From NCBI GenBank assembly GCA_044344255.1, contig JBIJDH010000008.1, positions 128,001 through 192,000 of the forward strand: DNA of 64,000 nucleotides, in the 5' to 3' direction. The notes below the pieces were generated by a model that worked only from the letters and a program-made list of their open reading frames with translations, searched no databases and was not told the origin of the DNA. The position numbers and the translations under genes are program-made. This DNA comes from Myxococcota bacterium. GTDB lineage: Bacteria; Myxococcota_A; UBA796; UBA2385. The stretch's first letter is position 1, and each line of letters opens with the position of its first letter. This document shows positions 9,490-19,016 of this stretch, in pieces.

Positions 9490-9692
9490 TGCTCTCACCG
9501 CCCTCCTGCGCCTGGACTTCAGCCTCTTGCACATGGCCCTCGTCGCCTCGTCGGTAGACAGAGTCATCGAACCCGCCCTCCTCCCAGGGGCAGTCCGAAG
9601 CGGCGCGGCGCTTCGGGCTGCCCCGGGTGACCCTCCACGAAAAGCTACGGCGGTACGGCCTCGACGGCTGAGCCAGCGAGCGGGCCCAGGGC
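9490..9692 (+). pseudogene. Degenerate second copy of the 3' end of the sigma-54 regulator
   Basis: 9538-9590 matches 7335-7387 and 9591-9678 matches 7486-7573, with substitutions. Confidence 0.8.
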
Positions 9693-9701
9693 TCGCGCGC
9701 C

Positions 9702-10964
9702 TCACCCCTCCGCGAGCACGGCGCCGATGGGGTCGGCGTTGACGAGGTCACGGGGCTCGAGGCCGGCGAGGGCGTAGAGGGTAGCGCCGATGTGCTCGGG
9801 CGTGAGGGCCTCGCCGTCCGGCTCGACGTTGCCGGTCGCGAGGTCGATGGGCTGGCCGCGGAGGTCGTCGTCGAAGGCGCCCGCGACCACGCCGCCGCGG
9901 ACCCCGGCGCCGATGAGCATGGCGGAGGTGAAGGTCCAGTGGTCCTTGCCGGCCGCCGAGTTGAGGCGGGGGCTGCGGCCCATCTCGGAGAGCACGACCA
10001 CGGTGGTCTCGTCGAGCAGGCTCCCGCCGCCGGCGCCGGCGCGGGCGGAGAGGGAGTCGAGGATCAGCTCGAGGTCAGAGAAGAGGAGCTCGTAGTTCTC
10101 GTTCTGGCTGTCGTTGTCGGAGTGGGTGTCCCAGCCGCGGTCGAAGAGGCCCTGGTGCTCGACGAGGGCGCAGCGAGAATAGCCCTGCTCGAAACACTGC
10201 AGCGCCGCCACCACCCGGTCGGGGACAGAGACGAGGGCGTCGGTGCCGAGCTCGCCCTGGTCGAGGAGGGTGGCGTTCTCGCGGGCCACGTCGAGGAGGC
10301 CGTAGGCCGAGACGAGGGCGCCGGACAGGGCGGCGGGCTGGCCCCGCTCCTGCTTCGCCGCCCAGGCCTCGGCGCGGGCGCGGGCGAAGGCGCGGGCGGC
10401 GGCGCTGCTCGAGGGGGACGGGACGAGGAGCGGGGTATCTGAACGGTAGACAAACTCCCCGCTGAGGAGGTCAGAGAGCTGGTTGTTGGCGCCGAGGCGC
10501 ACCACGGAGGCGCCGTGGCTCGCGGTGAAGCTCGGGCCGGTGAGCACGAGGTGGGGCAGGGTCCAGCGGGGATCGGCGGCGGCGATGTTCACGGCCCAGT
10601 CGTCGGCCTCCCCCTCCCCGGCCCCACAGAAGAGCAGGCGGCGGCAGCGCTCGTGGGTGAGCGAGCGCACCTCCAGGCCATTGATGAAGGCCGTCTGGTC
10701 GCCATATCGCTCGAGCGTCCGTCGGACGGAGGGGCGGTTGGGGTTGTCGACGATGGGCAGGCCCCCGACCAGGGCGATGAGGCCGCCCGGGTCTCCATCG
10801 ACCCGATCGGGGGAGAGCCCCGGCGCGAAGACCCAAGTGGGGTCCCAGCCGCCGCGGGCGAAGATGAACAGGAAGCGGTGGTTCGAGGCGTCGGCGGCGC
10901 GGGCGCGGCGCGGAGCCGCGGCCAGGGCCAACGAGAAGGCGAGGAGGGAGCGACGACTGAACAT
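9702..10964 (-). CDS. DUF1501 domain protein with Tat signal
   Basis: SRRSLL Tat motif, GGWD, WDTH, SEMGRSPRLN..GKDHW. Confidence 0.92.
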   Translation of the reverse strand: MFSRRSLLAFSLALAAAPRRARAADASNHRFLFIFARGGWDPTWVFAPGLSPDRVDGDPGGLIALVGGLPIVDNPNRPSVRRTLERYGDQTAFINGLEVRSLTHERCRRLLFCGAGEGEADDWAVNIAAADPRWTLPHLVLTGPSFTASHGASVVRLGANNQLSDLLSGEFVYRSDTPLLVPSPSSSAAARAFARARAEAWAAKQERGQPAALSGALVSAYGLLDVARENATLLDQGELGTDALVSVPDRVVAALQCFEQGYSRCALVEHQGLFDRGWDTHSDNDSQNENYELLFSDLELILDSLSARAGAGGGSLLDETTVVVLSEMGRSPRLNSAAGKDHWTFTSAMLIGAGVRGGVVAGAFDDDLRGQPIDLATGNVEPDGEALTPEHIGATLYALAGLEPRDLVNADPIGAVLAEG

Positions 10965-12655
10965 CAGTAGCTCATGAAGCGCGGGTCTTGGAGGAGGGCG
11001 GCGAGGCTGCCCCGCCAGGCCTCGGCGGCCCGCGCGTCGGCGGCCCCGTCGGCCTCGGCCTCGAGGGCGCTCCAGAGCGCCCCCACGTCGGAGATCCAGC
11101 CCTCATCGGGTAGATCGGCGTAGAGGCGGCGGTGGAGCGAGCGCAGGCCGGCCACGAAGGCGGGGTCACCCGGGCGGTCGGCGAGGGTGAGGCCCATGAA
11201 GAGGCGGGGCTCACCGCCGGCGACGAGCTCCCGCTCCACCGCGTGGGCGGCCGAGGCCTCGGCGGCGCTCTGCATCAGGGCCAGCCAGGTGAGGCCCGGC
11301 ACGTCCTGGCTGCGGGTGGCATAGAAGCCGTCTACTCCGCCGCCGAGGAGGCGATAGCCGAGGATGTCGTTGCGGAGCTGATCGAAGCCACCCTCGAGCC
11401 AGGTGAAGCCGGTGAGGTCTTCGAGCACGCTCGCGAGCAGGGGCGCGTCCAGGATGCGCACGGCGCGCTCCCGGGCGCGCTCCGTGTCGGTGGCCGCCGC
11501 GGAGAAGCCGCCGAGCTGATACCGCGGGCCGGCCACCACCGCCTGGAGGACCGTGGTGTATCGCCCGTCTGCCGCATAGGCCTCGACGATGCCGGCGAGC
11601 TCGGCCTCGTCTTCATAGACCACCGGGCGGCGCCAGAGCAGCGCGGCGGCGGTCTCGGCGGTGCAGCGGGCGAAGCGGGGATCCGCGGCGATGAGGGCGC
11701 CGAGCTCTCCGAGGCCGGTGAAGGGGATCCCGTAATAGGCCGGCGTGACCCCGAGGAGGGCCTCTCCCATCGGCTCCCGCTCGGGGTGGTACCGCTCGAG
11801 CTCGTCGAGGTTGTACTCGTTGGCCGGCCAGAAGCCGAAGAGGGCGGTGGCCATGGGATCGAGCGAGGCGTGGCAGCCGAGGCAGTAGGGGTTGGTGCGG
11901 AGGTTGTCCTCGATGTCGGCGGCGGAGGCCGAGGCCGAGGCCGAGAGGGTGACCGGGCGGGCCGAGTAGTCCTCACAGAGCAGCAGGCGCGAGATAGCCG
12001 CCGCTCGACCTCGATTGTAATTGGACACCGTGGAGAAGTAGCGCCACCACAGGCCGTTCGTAGCCAGCACCCCGGCGGCGGGGCGGTGGTCGGTGTAATG
12101 AACCGCCTGCCAGCCGTCGCCGCCGACAGGATAATCGAGCGGCCAGAGCGGGCCGGTCACCTCATTCGCCATCGTCCAGTCGGCGGTGACGATGGTGGAC
12201 CAGGGCAGGTCGGCCGCCGCCACCCGCGCCATCAGCCGCAGGGGCTCCTCGCCCACCGCCCGCTCGAAGGGGTACTCGAGCGTCGGGTCCTCGTGGAATT
12301 CCGGGTTCTCGCGGGCGAGGACGAGGAATTCGTCGACCTGGGTGCGCCAGGCCTGGGCGTAGAGATAGACGAGCCGCTCCTCGAAGCGCGGGTCGGCGAA
12401 CAGGGCCTCGGCCTGGACAGAGACCGGCTCGGCGGCGAGGGCGTCGAGCTCGGCCTCGGTGGGGAGCGTGCCGCGGAGGTCGAGGCTCATCCGGCGGAGG
12501 AGGCGCTCGGGGCCGAGGGGGACGCCGAAGGCCTCCGCCTCGGCGGGCGCAGGCGCGTAGGCGGCCGCCGGCTCTCCGCGCAGGGCGGGGTCTCCCTGGC
12601 AGGAGAGCGCGAGGAGGAGCCCGAGCAGGCGCGGGGTGGAGGTCATCCGCGTCAT
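10964..12655 (-). CDS. DUF1549/1553/1585-like c-type cytochrome lipoprotein
   Basis: LALSC lipobox, RLLRRMSLDLRGTLPT, CLGCH heme motif, adjacent to DUF1501 gene. Confidence 0.8.
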   Translation of the reverse strand: MTRMTSTPRLLGLLLALSCQGDPALRGEPAAAYAPAPAEAEAFGVPLGPERLLRRMSLDLRGTLPTEAELDALAAEPVSVQAEALFADPRFEERLVYLYAQAWRTQVDEFLVLARENPEFHEDPTLEYPFERAVGEEPLRLMARVAAADLPWSTIVTADWTMANEVTGPLWPLDYPVGGDGWQAVHYTDHRPAAGVLATNGLWWRYFSTVSNYNRGRAAAISRLLLCEDYSARPVTLSASASASAADIEDNLRTNPYCLGCHASLDPMATALFGFWPANEYNLDELERYHPEREPMGEALLGVTPAYYGIPFTGLGELGALIAADPRFARCTAETAAALLWRRPVVYEDEAELAGIVEAYAADGRYTTVLQAVVAGPRYQLGGFSAAATDTERARERAVRILDAPLLASVLEDLTGFTWLEGGFDQLRNDILGYRLLGGGVDGFYATRSQDVPGLTWLALMQSAAEASAAHAVERELVAGGEPRLFMGLTLADRPGDPAFVAGLRSLHRRLYADLPDEGWISDVGALWSALEAEADGAADARAAEAWRGSLAALLQDPRFMSY

Positions 12656-13767
12656 CCGGGCGGCAGGGCGAGGCTATCGAGGACGGGGCCCCAGTCGGGG
12701 CAGAGCTCACCGATCGGCGCCCCCGTGGGGTCGGCGGCGTCTCCGCAGCCCGAGCAGTCCGCCCGCAGCTCGACCGGATACCAGTAGCCCACGTCATCGC
12801 GGACAGAGAGGCGCCCGCCGGTGGGCGCGCCGGGACAGGCGGCCGTGTCGAGGGTGACCGCCTCGAGGAAAATGGCGAGCCCGTCGGCGGAGAGGCCCCC
12901 ATCCAGCGTGGCGGTCTGTCGATCGGCCTCCCAGACCCCGGAGAGGTCCAAGGTCATGCTGGGGGTGAGCGCGAGCCAACCCTCCCCCCAGTCCCAGCCC
13001 CAGGTGCCGTGCACCGACTGCCACCAGGCCACAGGCGCCTCCCCCTCGGCCCGCCACCAGAAGAGCTCGCCGCCGAGCACGCCCCAGCCGCCGGTGGGGC
13101 TCTGGACGAAGCCGTCGCCGTCCATCTCCTGGAGGACACCGTCGGGCTCGAGGGTCTCGGCCCGCAGCGTCAGCCCGGCGAAGACCCAGCCCTCCGGGGT
13201 GGTGCAGCCGGGGATGGGGGCGTGGTAGTCGTGCAGCGGCTCGCGCCAGCCGCTGGGACAGGGGTCGCCGCCGTGGGCGTAGAGCAGATCGACATAGGCG
13301 AGGAAGAGGTGGTCGGCGCGGGGGAGGCCGGCGCCGAGCACCGCCTCGACCCGCGCCCCCAGCTCAAGGGCGTCGAGGTGGACGGGGGGCTCGAGGACGA
13401 CCGGCTCGGAGACCTCGAGGGGATCGACGCAGGCGAGGTAGGCGGCGAGCGCGGTCAGGGAATCGGCGTCGACGCCTCCGCCGACGGGCATCGACTGGAG
13501 CGAGAGCACCGAGCGCTCAATGGCGGCCGTGTGGGCGGCGACCTCGGCGGCGCTGTCGAAATTAAGGCCCTCTGGCGCCCCGCGGCGATCCGGCGTGGTG
13601 GCGGAGTGACAGGCGCCGCACCAGGTCCGAAAGAAGCCGGCGCCCCAGCCGGCCCAGGAGACGGTCGGCTCACACGCAGGGTCTGCGTCGCCCGCGTCAC
13701 CGGCCGGCGCCGCCTCCGCGTCCGCAGGGGTGGGCTCGGCGCCACAGGCGAGCAAGAGGAGCAGCAT
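12652..13767 (-). CDS. c-type cytochrome domain lipoprotein
   Basis: MLLLLLAC lipobox, CGACH followed by MP (possible distal ligand). Confidence 0.75.
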   Translation of the reverse strand: MLLLLLACGAEPTPADAEAAPAGDAGDADPACEPTVSWAGWGAGFFRTWCGACHSATTPDRRGAPEGLNFDSAAEVAAHTAAIERSVLSLQSMPVGGGVDADSLTALAAYLACVDPLEVSEPVVLEPPVHLDALELGARVEAVLGAGLPRADHLFLAYVDLLYAHGGDPCPSGWREPLHDYHAPIPGCTTPEGWVFAGLTLRAETLEPDGVLQEMDGDGFVQSPTGGWGVLGGELFWWRAEGEAPVAWWQSVHGTWGWDWGEGWLALTPSMTLDLSGVWEADRQTATLDGGLSADGLAIFLEAVTLDTAACPGAPTGGRLSVRDDVGYWYPVELRADCSGCGDAADPTGAPIGELCPDWGPVLDSLALPPG

Positions 13768-13846
13768 CCCCCCAAGGTAGCAGACCGGGTTGGCTGAGGC
13801 ACCGCGCTCGGAGCCGGATAGGGGGTCTGCCCTCCCGAGGTGCTCC

Positions 13847-14710
13847 ATGCTGCTGCTCATCTCCCTCCTCTTCGGCTGTCGCAGCGAAGACATCGCGCAG
13901 GCCCACAAGGGCCGCCTCTTTGACCGCACGGGCGTGCTCGCCGGCTTCACGGGCGGAAACGGCTTCAGCGGCCCCGTCCTCGGCCCCGGCACCCACTGGA
14001 CCGGGCTCTACGACGAGCTCCGCGTGGTGGACTGCAGCACCCGCACCGTGAAGGAGCCGATGGTCGCGCTCACCCGCGACGGCGTGCAGTTCGGGCTCGA
14101 CATCTACCTGCGCTTCCACGCCGACTGCGGCGAAGACAACGTGATGAAGATCCTCGAGACCGTCAGCCCCGACAAGGGCGACGTCATCACCTCGGAGGCC
14201 TTCTACAACACCTACGTGCGCGGGGCCCTCGGCGAGGCCGTGCGCGAGAACATCTCCCCCCACAACGCCAATGACCTGAACAACAAGCGCGAGGAGGTGC
14301 TCGTGGGCATCCGCCAGCGCTTCCTCGACATGCTGAAGGACCGCGACCAGAAGTTCGTGGTGGTCGAGGAGCTCAACCTCTCGAACATGGACTTCCCCGA
14401 CGAGATGGACCAGGCCAACAACGAGCGCGCCGTGCAGTCCGTGCTCAAGGACAAGGCCATCGCCGAGCGGGAGAAGGTGGCCGCGGAGATCGAGACCGCC
14501 TCCAAGAAGGAGGAGCTCGCCCAGAAGGAGGGCGCCGTCGAGGCGGCCCGCATCCGAGAGATCGGCCGCGCGCTCGCCGAGAACCCCGCCTACCTGCAGT
14601 ACGACATGCAGCTCAAGCTGCCGGGCATCTACGAGAAGGCGGGCGCCAGCGGCAACATGGTGATCACGGCCCCCAGCCCCACCGTGATGATGACGAACGC
14701 CAAGCCCTGA
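13847..14710 (+). CDS. SPFH/Band 7 (prohibitin-like) protein
   Basis: LGPGTHW, LTRDGVQFGLDI, C-terminal E/A-rich coiled coil, LLFGC lipobox-like N-terminus. Confidence 0.85.
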   Translation: MLLLISLLFGCRSEDIAQAHKGRLFDRTGVLAGFTGGNGFSGPVLGPGTHWTGLYDELRVVDCSTRTVKEPMVALTRDGVQFGLDIYLRFHADCGEDNVMKILETVSPDKGDVITSEAFYNTYVRGALGEAVRENISPHNANDLNNKREEVLVGIRQRFLDMLKDRDQKFVVVEELNLSNMDFPDEMDQANNERAVQSVLKDKAIAEREKVAAEIETASKKEELAQKEGAVEAARIREIGRALAENPAYLQYDMQLKLPGIYEKAGASGNMVITAPSPTVMMTNAKP

Positions 14711-14792
14711 CGCGAGACGCTGAGGCGCGACGTCGTGTGAGGCCCGTCAGCGGCGAACCGGGGAGAGGGACTCCATACTGGAGAGGGAAGAA

Positions 14793-15746
14793 TTGAGGCG
14801 CATCATCTTCGGGTTCTCTCTGCTGTCTGTCGCCGGCCTCGCCGCCTGTGGGGCCGGCGCCGACCCGGGCGAGGGCCTCTCCGCCCAGCCGGGCTGGGAC
14901 GACCCCACCGCTCGCCGCTGGACCCGCGCAGGCCAGTGGTACCCCGAAGACCCCGACGCCCTCGACGCGGCCGTCTATGGCCTCATCGACGAGGCCGGCG
15001 GCAGCGCGCGGCCCGCCCGCGCCCTCCTCTCTCCGCACGCCGGCCTGTCCTACTCGGGGGCCGTGGCCGCTGAGGCCTGGGCCCGCGTCGAGGTGCCGGA
15101 CACGGTGATCATCCTCTCCCCGCACCATTGGGCCGAGGGGGCCGACGCCGCGATCTGGACCGAGGGCCCCTGGCTCGTGCCCGGCTACGCCATCCCGATC
15201 GATCAGGCCCTCACCGACACCGTGATGGCGCAGATCCCCGACCTCGTCTCCGACCGCGCGGCCTTCGACCACCACGAGGTCGAGATGCTGCTGCCCTTCC
15301 TCTCCCGGGTGAACCCGGACGTCGAGATGGTGGTCATCGGGCTCCGCGACAACCAGGACTGGCACTTCCCCGACTTCGACCTCGCGCGAATCGAGGAGAT
15401 GGGCGCCGCCCTGGCCGAGGTCATCGCCGAGCGGGAGGCGGCGGGCGAAGCGGTCCTGCTCATCCTCACGACCGACCTCGTGCACTATGTGCCCCGCGAG
15501 CAGGCCGACCAGGAGGACCCCATCCTCCTCGACCACATCGCGCGCCTCGACGCGGCGGGGCTCTACGAGAGCGTGGCCGAGCAGGAGCTCAGCATCTGCG
15601 GGGAGGTGCCGATCGCGGTCGGGATGACGGCCCTGCGCGCCCTCGGGGCGACCGAGCTCGAGCTGCTGGCCTATGACACGAGCGACAGCCGCACCGGGGA
15701 CTCGAGCTCCGTCGTCGGCTACGCCTCGGGGCGGGTGCTCCCATGA
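14793..15746 (+). CDS. Memo (AmmeMemoRadiSam protein B-like) with lipoprotein signal
   Basis: AGQWYP, SPHAGLSYSG, TTDLVHY, SICG, VVGYAS. N-terminal LAAC. Confidence 0.88.
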   Translation: MRRIIFGFSLLSVAGLAACGAGADPGEGLSAQPGWDDPTARRWTRAGQWYPEDPDALDAAVYGLIDEAGGSARPARALLSPHAGLSYSGAVAAEAWARVEVPDTVIILSPHHWAEGADAAIWTEGPWLVPGYAIPIDQALTDTVMAQIPDLVSDRAAFDHHEVEMLLPFLSRVNPDVEMVVIGLRDNQDWHFPDFDLARIEEMGAALAEVIAEREAAGEAVLLILTTDLVHYVPREQADQEDPILLDHIARLDAAGLYESVAEQELSICGEVPIAVGMTALRALGATELELLAYDTSDSRTGDSSSVVGYASGRVLP

Positions 15747-17008
15747 GCCCCAGCGCGAGGCTCCGCCGGCTCGGTCCTATCGCCCTGCCCGCGCTGTCCG
15801 CGCTGTCTCTCGCCTGCGGCGGGAAGGGCGGCGACACCGGAGTCTGTGAGGCGCCCGCCCTGCGCAGCGCCGATTGGGCCGCGGGAGACCTCGACCAGGA
15901 TGAGGGGCAGGCCGGGGTCGCCTGGTCCGCGGCCCTCGCCGGAGGTTATCTGCGGCGGGTGCAGAGGCCGGCCGACTGTGTCGACGACTCCGGGGACGGG
16001 TGTATGCCCTTCGTCTATCAGTATGACCCCCGCACCGGAGAGGGAGAGGACGACGAGTCGATCCACCGACAGGTGGTGGGCACCCTCGCCCTCGCCCGAC
16101 TGGCCAAGGTGACCGGCGAGGAGCGGCTCCGACAGGGCGCGGAGGACGCCCTCACCCTGCTCGTCGGACAGGCGGTCACCCTCTCCGACGGGCGGATCCG
16201 CCTCTCCGACCTCGGCGCCACCGGCCTCCTCGTGATGGCCATCGCGGAGTACGAGCGCGCGACGGGGGACGCCCGCTTTCACAGCACCCTCGAGGGGGCC
16301 GGCGCCACCGTGCTCGCCGCGGTCGCCCCCGACGGCTCCTTCAACGAGGGGAGCGCCCTCGTCTGGGCCCAGCTCCACCACGCCCTCTGGAACCTCTGGA
16401 CGGCGACCGGCGACGCGGCCTATCACGAGGCCCTCGAGCGGGTGGTCGCCTATGCCGACACCCAGCAAGGCGACACCGGGGTGGGCGGCTACTTCGAGTT
16501 CCCCTACATCTATGGCCTCTGGGCGAATGAGCCCATCACCGAGCTCTATCGCGAGCGCCCCGACGAGGCCCTCCCGGCGCTGGTCTTCGCGGTGGGCGAC
16601 GACGTGCTCTCCCGCCAATACAGCGACCGCGGCACCGGCGTGAGCCCCTCGGACTGCGCCTACACGGGCGGCTGGACCCCCACCGACGGCCACTCGGCCC
16701 CCAATTGGAACCACACCATCAAGCTCGAGGCGATGGCCGACGCCTATCGGATGGCGGAGCTCACCGACGACGCCGACCGTATCGAGCGGTACGGCCACGC
16801 GGCCCGCATCGGCGCCGCCTGGCTGATGGGCGACCAGTACCGCGGCGACGAGACTGACACCTTCGCCGTCCCCGGTGAGGCCATCGGCGGCATCCCGCTC
16901 TTCGAGGGCGACCCCGACGTGCGGGTCGACATCCCCGGGCACGGCTCGATCGCGCTCTTGAAGGTCTCTCAGTGGGTGGTCGGGGAGGCGGCGCCGGGCT
17001 CCCTGTGA
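15743..17008 (+). CDS. Alpha/alpha-toroid (six-hairpin glycosidase-like) lipoprotein
   Basis: LSLAC lipobox, FVYQYDP..HRQ, LGATGL, GG..VRVDIPGH, helical repeats. ATGA-coupled to Memo. Confidence 0.6.
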   Translation: MSPSARLRRLGPIALPALSALSLACGGKGGDTGVCEAPALRSADWAAGDLDQDEGQAGVAWSAALAGGYLRRVQRPADCVDDSGDGCMPFVYQYDPRTGEGEDDESIHRQVVGTLALARLAKVTGEERLRQGAEDALTLLVGQAVTLSDGRIRLSDLGATGLLVMAIAEYERATGDARFHSTLEGAGATVLAAVAPDGSFNEGSALVWAQLHHALWNLWTATGDAAYHEALERVVAYADTQQGDTGVGGYFEFPYIYGLWANEPITELYRERPDEALPALVFAVGDDVLSRQYSDRGTGVSPSDCAYTGGWTPTDGHSAPNWNHTIKLEAMADAYRMAELTDDADRIERYGHAARIGAAWLMGDQYRGDETDTFAVPGEAIGGIPLFEGDPDVRVDIPGHGSIALLKVSQWVVGEAAPGSL

Positions 17009-17041
17009 GCGTTGCCGACCGCCGACGGCACCCCGCGCCGG

Positions 17042-18328
17042 TCAGTCGAGCAGCTCCCCCTCCTCGATCAGCAGCTCGACGAAGTCACCGCGCAGGCAGT
17101 GCTGGCTGGCCATGCTGCTGCCATAGGCGCCCCCCGGATAGAGCACGAGATGGTCCCCCTCCTCGAGCTCGGGGAGCGCCACGTCGCGACAGAAGACGTC
17201 CACCGCCTCGTTGATGTGCCCGGCGAGGTGGTAACGATGGTCGGGCGCGGCCAGGGGGCGCTCGACATGAAAGACCGCCGGAGGGAGCCCGTAGTGGGCC
17301 GCATAGAGGTTGACCGCATGACCGGCGTCCACCCCCGCCCAGGTGATCTCGCCCTTGGGCTCAACGGTGTTGACCTCGACGAGCAGGAGCCCCGCTGCGT
17401 CGATGAGGAAGGTGCCGGGCTCGACCAGCACGCGGCGCCCGAGGGGGCCGAGGTGCTCCTGAATGGCGGGGACGAGGTCACCCGGCCGGAGGGGCTGGTC
17501 GGCGCGACGCCGCCGGGCGCCGAGGCCCCCGCCGAGGTTGAGCTGCTCCACGCCGGGGTGGGCGCGGGCGACGGCGGCGAGCCGCTCGAGCACCCCCTCG
17601 ACAGCCGCGAGCGCGCCCCGCTGGAGGCCCCAGCCGAGGTGGGTGTGCAGGGTGTCGACGACGAGGCCGAGCGACTGACAGAGGGCGAAGACCTCGGGGA
17701 GGTCCTCCCAGAGGAAGCCGAATTTCGAATTGCCATAGGCGAGCTTGGGGTCGTCGCCGTAGCCCACCGCGACGCCGGGATCGATCCGCAGGCCGATCCG
17801 GTGCCCCCCCGGCACCATCGCGGCGAGGCGGCGGAGCGCGGAGCGGCTGTCCAGGTTGAGGTGGACGCCGCTGCGGACGAGGCGCACGAGGTCGCGCTCG
17901 GAGAGCATCCCGCCGGTGAAGGACACCTGCTCGGGGCGGAAGCCCACCGCGAGGGCCCGCTCCACCTCGCCGGGGGAGCAGGCGTCGATGCCGACGTCCC
18001 CCTCGGACAGGAAGAGGGAGAGGAGGGGGCGGTGCCGATTGGCCTTCATCGCGAAGAGGATCTGCGCAGGGAGGCCGGTCGCGGCGAGCGCGGCGCGGAG
18101 CTCCCCGAGGGCCTGCCGCACCCGCGCCGCGTCGTAGACATAAGCGGGGGTGCCGTGGGCGCGCGCCAGATCGCGGAGGGAGCGCCCAGCGAAGCACAGG
18201 CCACCCGGCCCGACCGAGAGGCCCGTCCAGTCGAGGGCCTCGCGCTGGGGATCGATCCGCCCGAAGCCGGGCGGAGCGCGGCGCGCGGGGGGGAGAAGGA
18301 GGGAGCCCGGCGGGGCAGACGCGGTCAT
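17042..18328 (-). CDS. Diaminopimelate decarboxylase-like (group IV PLP decarboxylase)
   Basis: GTPAYVYD, FAMKAN, SKFG, NLGGG, EPG, GAYGSSMAS. Confidence 0.85.
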   Translation of the reverse strand: MTASAPPGSLLLPPARRAPPGFGRIDPQREALDWTGLSVGPGGLCFAGRSLRDLARAHGTPAYVYDAARVRQALGELRAALAATGLPAQILFAMKANRHRPLLSLFLSEGDVGIDACSPGEVERALAVGFRPEQVSFTGGMLSERDLVRLVRSGVHLNLDSRSALRRLAAMVPGGHRIGLRIDPGVAVGYGDDPKLAYGNSKFGFLWEDLPEVFALCQSLGLVVDTLHTHLGWGLQRGALAAVEGVLERLAAVARAHPGVEQLNLGGGLGARRRRADQPLRPGDLVPAIQEHLGPLGRRVLVEPGTFLIDAAGLLLVEVNTVEPKGEITWAGVDAGHAVNLYAAHYGLPPAVFHVERPLAAPDHRYHLAGHINEAVDVFCRDVALPELEEGDHLVLYPGGAYGSSMASQHCLRGDFVELLIEEGELLD

Positions 18329-18368
18329 GCGGCCACGCTATCCGGGGCGGGACGCCTGCGGAGAACCG

Positions 18369-18923
18369 ATGCTGCTCCTCCTCCTCGCCCTCGCCTGCGC
18401 GCATGTCCCCGGGGGAGCCTCGCCCCTGCCCCCCGCCGGGCTGCTCTCGATCTCGCTGCCCGACGGCACGCTGCCCCGGCCCTTCACCGCCGAGCAGATC
18501 CGTGCGGCGATGCCGGTGGGCACCCAGATCGACCTCCGCGTCGCGGTCGGCGGCCAGGCCCCCGTCTCCTTCCGCTGGGTGGTGAGCGCCGCCGACGCCG
18601 AGACGGTCACCATCCTCTCCTCCACCCAGGGGCCCGACGGCCGCTGGACCCCGGACGAGGGGGACGGCCGCAGCCGCTGGAGCGAGCTCGTCGAGCACGC
18701 CGCCTTCCCCTCCAAGCAGAGCCAGCGCGTGGAGTCGACGGTGGACACCCCGCTCGGCCACTTCGACACCTGGCGCTACACCGTGAACGGCAAAGACGAG
18801 GCCGGCCGCGACCAGGTGAGCACCTACCACTTCGCTCGGACCCTGCCCGGCCCGCCCGTGCTCTACACCGTCGAGCAGGGCGGGGTGGAGGTCTTCCGGA
18901 TGAGCCAGACGCTGCGGCGCTGA
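18369..18923 (+). CDS. Hypothetical lipoprotein
   Basis: MLLLLLALAC signal, typical codon usage, LPGPPV motif. Confidence 0.7.
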   Translation: MLLLLLALACAHVPGGASPLPPAGLLSISLPDGTLPRPFTAEQIRAAMPVGTQIDLRVAVGGQAPVSFRWVVSAADAETVTILSSTQGPDGRWTPDEGDGRSRWSELVEHAAFPSKQSQRVESTVDTPLGHFDTWRYTVNGKDEAGRDQVSTYHFARTLPGPPVLYTVEQGGVEVFRMSQTLRR

Positions 18924-19016
18924 TCGACGGTCGGCGGGGGACTGCGCTCCCGCGCGACGCGCCTTGCCGCAATACAGCATCACGGATATTGCAGCGCGGC
19001 AAATCCGGAGCGCCCG

